Below, one piece after another: positions 59,093 to 64,000 of a DNA stretch of 64,000 bases (the first letter of the stretch is position 1; the number at the start of each line of letters is the position of its first letter). The notes beneath the pieces were generated by a model. That model saw nothing but the letters and a program-made list of their open reading frames with translations. It was not told the origin of the DNA and did no database searches. The position numbers were made by a program, and so were the translations under genes. Where the stretch lies: assembly GCA_951804945.1 (NCBI GenBank), contig OX638155.1, positions 63,240,001-63,304,000 on the forward strand, in the 5' to 3' direction. The DNA comes from Podarcis cretensis. Its lineage: Eukaryota.

Positions 59093-61705
59093 ATAGCTTC
59101 TCGGTTTCTTTATTTTTGTATGTCACTGAATTATATTTCTTTATTAAATAAATAAATATAAGTATATTTGTTAACAGTCAACAAGATTAGGCTAGATGGA
59201 CCAATGCTCTAATCTGAAGCAAAAGAGCTTCCTTTGTTCACCATAATTTCTCCCCCACAAAACAATCTGATACTATGTGGTTCATAATGCTGGTGCCATC
59301 GTGGTTCAGCCATACTAATTTATGCATGTGCTGGGGTTGAAATGGAGCAGGTAGTGCTTCGAAGACTGTTTTGCAATATTGATTTTTAACCATGGCATTA
59401 AGAGAATGATTGATGTCCAATGCAAATGGGTATTTGGCATTGTCTTTTGATTCTTGGCTGAAAATTCAGACATATATCCATAGCAACAGAGGAGCAGATA
59501 TCTTCGGGAATAGGGCGATCATGATACGCCTCCTTCTGTGCCTCAGTGACAAGCGTTTTGTATGTCCTCAAGGTGTTTCTTTGCCGCAGTTTTATACTCC
59601 TACATGGTTTAAATGATCCACAACAACAAGGCAGGTAGTGTCCATCCTATTGTTTTGTAATCATGATTTTAAAATGAAAAGCAGCTGTCACTGGTAATGT
59701 CAAAGCACATTTGCATAGTCAGGACCCATATTTAATGATGTAATCGATTGCATTTATTATGTATTGTGTATTTTCTGTTTTTTATATTGTGATTTTATGT
59801 TGTGAACCACCCTGAAATCTACAGGTTTGGGGGGGGTATGCAAATTTTAACAACAACAACAACAAAATGAGAGCTAAAAACATCTGGCATGCTTACAAAT
59901 GCCAAGCATTTGGGAGGATACCACTGGGTTGTGGTTTTTAAAATGACAACAACAAAAACAGCCTACTTATTACCTAAACTGGAAAGTAGTTTTTAGACTA
60001 TCAAATGTGTTTTATACTACTGAATAAATTCCAGAAAAATCAAGCTAAGGAAAACTAGTAATATCTAAGACACTAGTTTCACACAAAAGTCTTGTCTCAC
60101 ACCCACAGCCACAAATCACATTTATCATTGCTTCTAGAGATAGTTCTCCGATCAAAAAACATGCACCTTTGTGGTGGTGGTGGTGGAGAATTCAATCTAC
60201 ATCCAACAGAATAAATTTCTGTCTTTAATGAACAGATCTGATAGGCAGTCACAACATTAGTCACCTGTCTATCACACATATCCAAATTTGGTGTACAACT
60301 AATGTGCTGTGCATACCATTTTATCAGGATTTTGAAATATCATGCAAATGAGCTGCAGCTCCACAGGCTTGGCTCAGAAGCTATAAGCATAACCTCATAC
60401 TAGATCTGCAGGAGACAAGTCTAGTTGCCTTTGTTTCGGAAGGGTATCTTTCAAAATGCCCCAAACAATGTCCAGGGATCAGATTCCTCTTTTAAAATGT
60501 AGACATGTTGGGATTTTACAGCTACAAGAACCTACAGTATAGTAGCTTCTACTTTAATTTGGTAAATTATTATGTTTCAGCAGCTCCAAGAGAAATATAA
60601 GCCATTAGCAGCATGCGGCGCTTCTCCAGGGATACAGCACAATAGCACTCTTTCAGAGATGCAATCAGTTCTCAGGGAGGTTGTTTCCTGCATGATTCCA
60701 GGCTGCTCCTTTAGAGGAAAAGCTCCCCATAAAAGAAGCAGGAAATGCATGACATGTTTCAGCAACGGGCCATTATAATTTAATGGGGCATTATTAAAAT
60801 ACGGAAAAGAAAAAGTGCCACGCTTAAAAGGCCTTCACGTGAATTACCCTCCCTCCGTTTCAAACTGGAAGCATCTGTGGCACGTTTTTTTCATACGCTT
60901 AACCTTTTCCTACCTCCGGTGGGAAAACAAGCATTCAGTGCAATAGATCAGCTGTGTTAGTCTTGTGGCCGGAGATAGACAGAAAAATAGGACACTCGGA
61001 ATCTTAACTACATGCGATGTTAGCAGAGTGATTAGTAAATATGTTGTTTTTTAAAAATTAAGTACCAGGAGTGTGGAGTGGGAAGATAGTGTTAGTGCAC
61101 ACAGGGAAGGCAGGTTTAACCCTTCCTAGTAATAATGGGGGCAACACATAGCAATTAGCACTAGGGAAAAAACTATTGTCCTCAATGGGAGCTTTCCCCT
61201 CTTAGTGTCAATTGTTGCAAGAAGAGGATGTTTTACTAAGATCATGGCTGGGGAGGGAAGACTTAGACTGCCCCATGCACTGCAGTGTTGATACCTAGCC
61301 TTCCACACACACCCCACAAGCCTGTTTTTTAAAGATGTGATTGCTAATCATGTCATTAATGTCACACATAGTTCAGCCTATGTGTAATGCAAGATAACAG
61401 TTAGCAATACACATACAGGCATATACAGAGTCATTTTCATTTTCAATGTACAATTAAACAATTATACATAACAGCTTCCCACTGAGCTGTTATACTGTAC
61501 TTTACAACCAAGGGACATTAGATGGCAAAAGAAGATGCATGTGTACTTCTTTATCATATTTTTAATAGTAAGGGGTTGGTTTTGTTAGCTGTTCCTATGA
61601 GCTTCCATGCTTTGGACTTTAATTAGAGCCATCAGCCATCTGTCTAGGACCATCATAGTAAGTATCATAGCTAATTGTCCAGCTATGGGTTGGCCGTTCT
61701 TATTA

Positions 61706-61947
61706 CAGTGGTACCTCGGGTTAAGTACTTAATTCGTTCCAGAGGTCCATTCTTAACCTGAAACTGTTCTTAACCTGAAGCACCACTTTAGCTAATGGGG
61801 CCTCCTGTTGCCGCCACACCGCCGGAGCCCGATTTCTGTTCTCATCCTGAAGCAAAGTTCTTAACCCACGGTACTATTTCTGAGTTAGCAGAGTCTGTAA
61901 CCTGAAGCGTATGTAACCTGAAGCGTATGTAACCCGAGGTACCACTG
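61706..61947. mobile_element. Tc1/pogo MITE (family of 14993), opposite orientation
   Basis: TA|CAGTGGTACCTCGGGTTA ... TAACCCGAGGTACCACTG|TA. Confidence 0.93.
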
Positions 61948-63296
61948 TACATGTAAAGTGTCTTAGACAAGCGTTTCACCCCTTTATTCACATACAAACA
62001 AATTACCAAAGTGGGTACAATGGGAAAGGATCAAACAACAGACCGAAACCATGTCCTTAACGAACTGCTTTGCTTTCTGGGCAATGGATATTGAAAGTAT
62101 CTCTATATGATAAGCATTTGTTGAAGCTTGGCAGCTGAAGTGTTTCTGTGACACATTTAGCAAGCTGGTGATAAAGTCATCCTTAACAACAGAGGGGCGG
62201 CAGGGAGTGGGAGAGAACGGCAGGGAAGAAATAAGCCTCCCTGAAGTCTGGTCTTTCCTAAATCATCCCCAGAATATTATCAAAGCTTTCTCTCTTTGGC
62301 ACATGTGTAGGTGGTTGACAGCTGCACAATACTGATAACTAGTTACCAGCATGGAGCTATTTCCACTGTATTTATTCAAAGACCCCTAATGACAAGTTAT
62401 AATTGGCCTATCTCTAAAAAGCATGTTACATGCATGATCTAAACTTCTAGTAATTTCAGAAACTGCATTCAAAAATAGCTATTTTTATTTTTTTGGCCTT
62501 TTCTTCACTTGCTTCTGTTCCTTAATTGAAGAGACCAGCTCTGAATACACTTACTAGCTCTCAAGAAAACCAGAATAAGATTGCACTATAAATATGATTT
62601 GGCTAGATCTCTGGGTTTCAAAGCTATAATGCAGCCTTAAGGAATACTAAAGCTCTCTTGACTGCTGTGTCATTTTAAGTCCCCATTAACTCACTGCAGA
62701 GTCACTTTTGAGCCTAGTTATCTGGCATTATGAAGTCACTGTGGTGAGAATCTTCTTACAGGAATCCAAAGGCATTCCTTGGGAAGGAAATGCATCTTGT
62801 AGAGTCAGCAGATTCTATGAAATGTCGACTCATAAGGCTCGTGTCCATCTCGTTAATTATTTACTGTTATTGGTTTGTTTAGTCCCTTGGCTTCTGTAAA
62901 TGTGGTTTTCTGCAGCCCTAGTAATGCAAAAAGGGGGAATGGACAAAAAAAAGGGATCATAGGAGATATCTTGGGCTTAGGCATTTTGGGTATAGTCAGT
63001 CCCTTGAAGCAAACTGGGAACCTGTGAGAATGATAAAGAACTGGCTTAGAATGCTCATATCACTCAGTCTCATTTAGTACTATTGCCACCATATTCCATA
63101 TTAATTGCAGTTTGTGGACCCATTTTCAAAGGTAGCCCCAAACACAATGCATTGCAGCAATCTGGAGGGAAGACTATCAAGACATGAAACACTGCAGCCA
63201 GACTATCACACTGTAGTTGGGTCATGGCTAGCATTTTGTTGTTGTTAGTACAGGGCAGGTAACAGGGCAGATTACAACAATTTAAAATTCAATATT

Positions 63297-63441
63297 CATA
63301 GAATCTGTGAATTGTAGAATTGAAAGGGGTCACAAGGGTCATCTAGTCCAACCACGTGCAACGGAAGAATCCTTTGCCCAACATGCGGCTCAAACCCACA
63401 ACCCAGAGATGAAGAGTTTCATGTTCTACTGAATGAGTTAT
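63297..63441 (-). mobile_element. tRNA-Lys-derived SINE with CR1-type tail
   Basis: Reverse complement matches 42464-42586 and extends into a CR1-like (ATTCTRY) terminal repeat. Confidence 0.8.
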
Positions 63442-64000
63442 GATAAAACAAATTATAATCACGGAAATAGGGTGAGACCTGAAAACACATCTCATGTGTC
63501 AAGCTCAAATTCCCTAACAAAACCTTTGCCAGTTACCCTATCGCTCCCCTTGGCCTGTTAGCACACAACTCACTACCCCTAGAGGACTTCACATTCAATC
63601 TTCAAGTTGATCCTCACTTCCTTAACTCTGGAGTCCTTTGGGCTTCTCTTGGGATTACAACTGTGGTCTTCAATCTACTTCAGCAACAACTGTTGCATCA
63701 GGTTTGAAAGGAAATCCATGCCTAGAAATCAAAGGGCAAATGAAAGAAAACATGGAATAAAGAGAAGTCTAGATGAGTCCTTAGCTTCAGCACTTTCTTA
63801 AAGTCTAGCATAGAGCCTTGCTCTCTTCTTAGTAGACCTCCTTGAGCTCTTCACTGGAATGATATCAGCATCTAGGTTGGAGCTTCAGTTTCTTTCAGAT
63901 GCCAACTTCTGCCATTGGCCCTGGCTCCCGTCATGCTTTCCCAAGGCTCTCCTGAACCTCATTTAAGGTCCCTTGCTATTCCACTCCACCCAACTTCAGC

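Noticed and set aside
1-64000. CRISPR array, operon or other prokaryotic system
   Set aside because: The sequence is vertebrate repeat-rich DNA with no regularly spaced repeat-spacer array and no dense ORFs.

Overview
Vertebrate, repeat-rich, apparently intergenic or deep-intronic DNA from a squamate reptile. Sauria SINEs, Bov-B, Squam3-like SINEs and a young L2 fit a lizard, possibly a lacertid (inference). I could not support any host protein-coding exon, rRNA, true tRNA or CRISPR array. The only long intact ORF (35882-38866, -) is the endonuclease/reverse transcriptase of an apparently full-length, single-ORF L2-clade LINE. The rest is layered mobile DNA: Bov-B, CR1 and L2 fragments, three SINE types, Tc1/pogo-type and hAT-type MITEs, a solo LTR with a 5-bp TSD, a 1.6-kb non-autonomous L1-like element with an 18-bp TSD, and fossil pogo/Tigger and Rex1/Babar coding pieces. 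The most unusual signal is an unclassified non-coding ~750-bp element family (16970-17714 +, 44817-45560 -, 12153-12404 -, possible promoter piece 22611-22815 -). It has ...CAA termini, no TSD, a CCAAT/TATA promoter, a shared AATAAAGTTGTGGCC poly(A) module and a covarying stem with a U-rich internal loop that resembles an ENE triple-helix RNA-stability element. All family names come from recalled consensus features, not from database searches.
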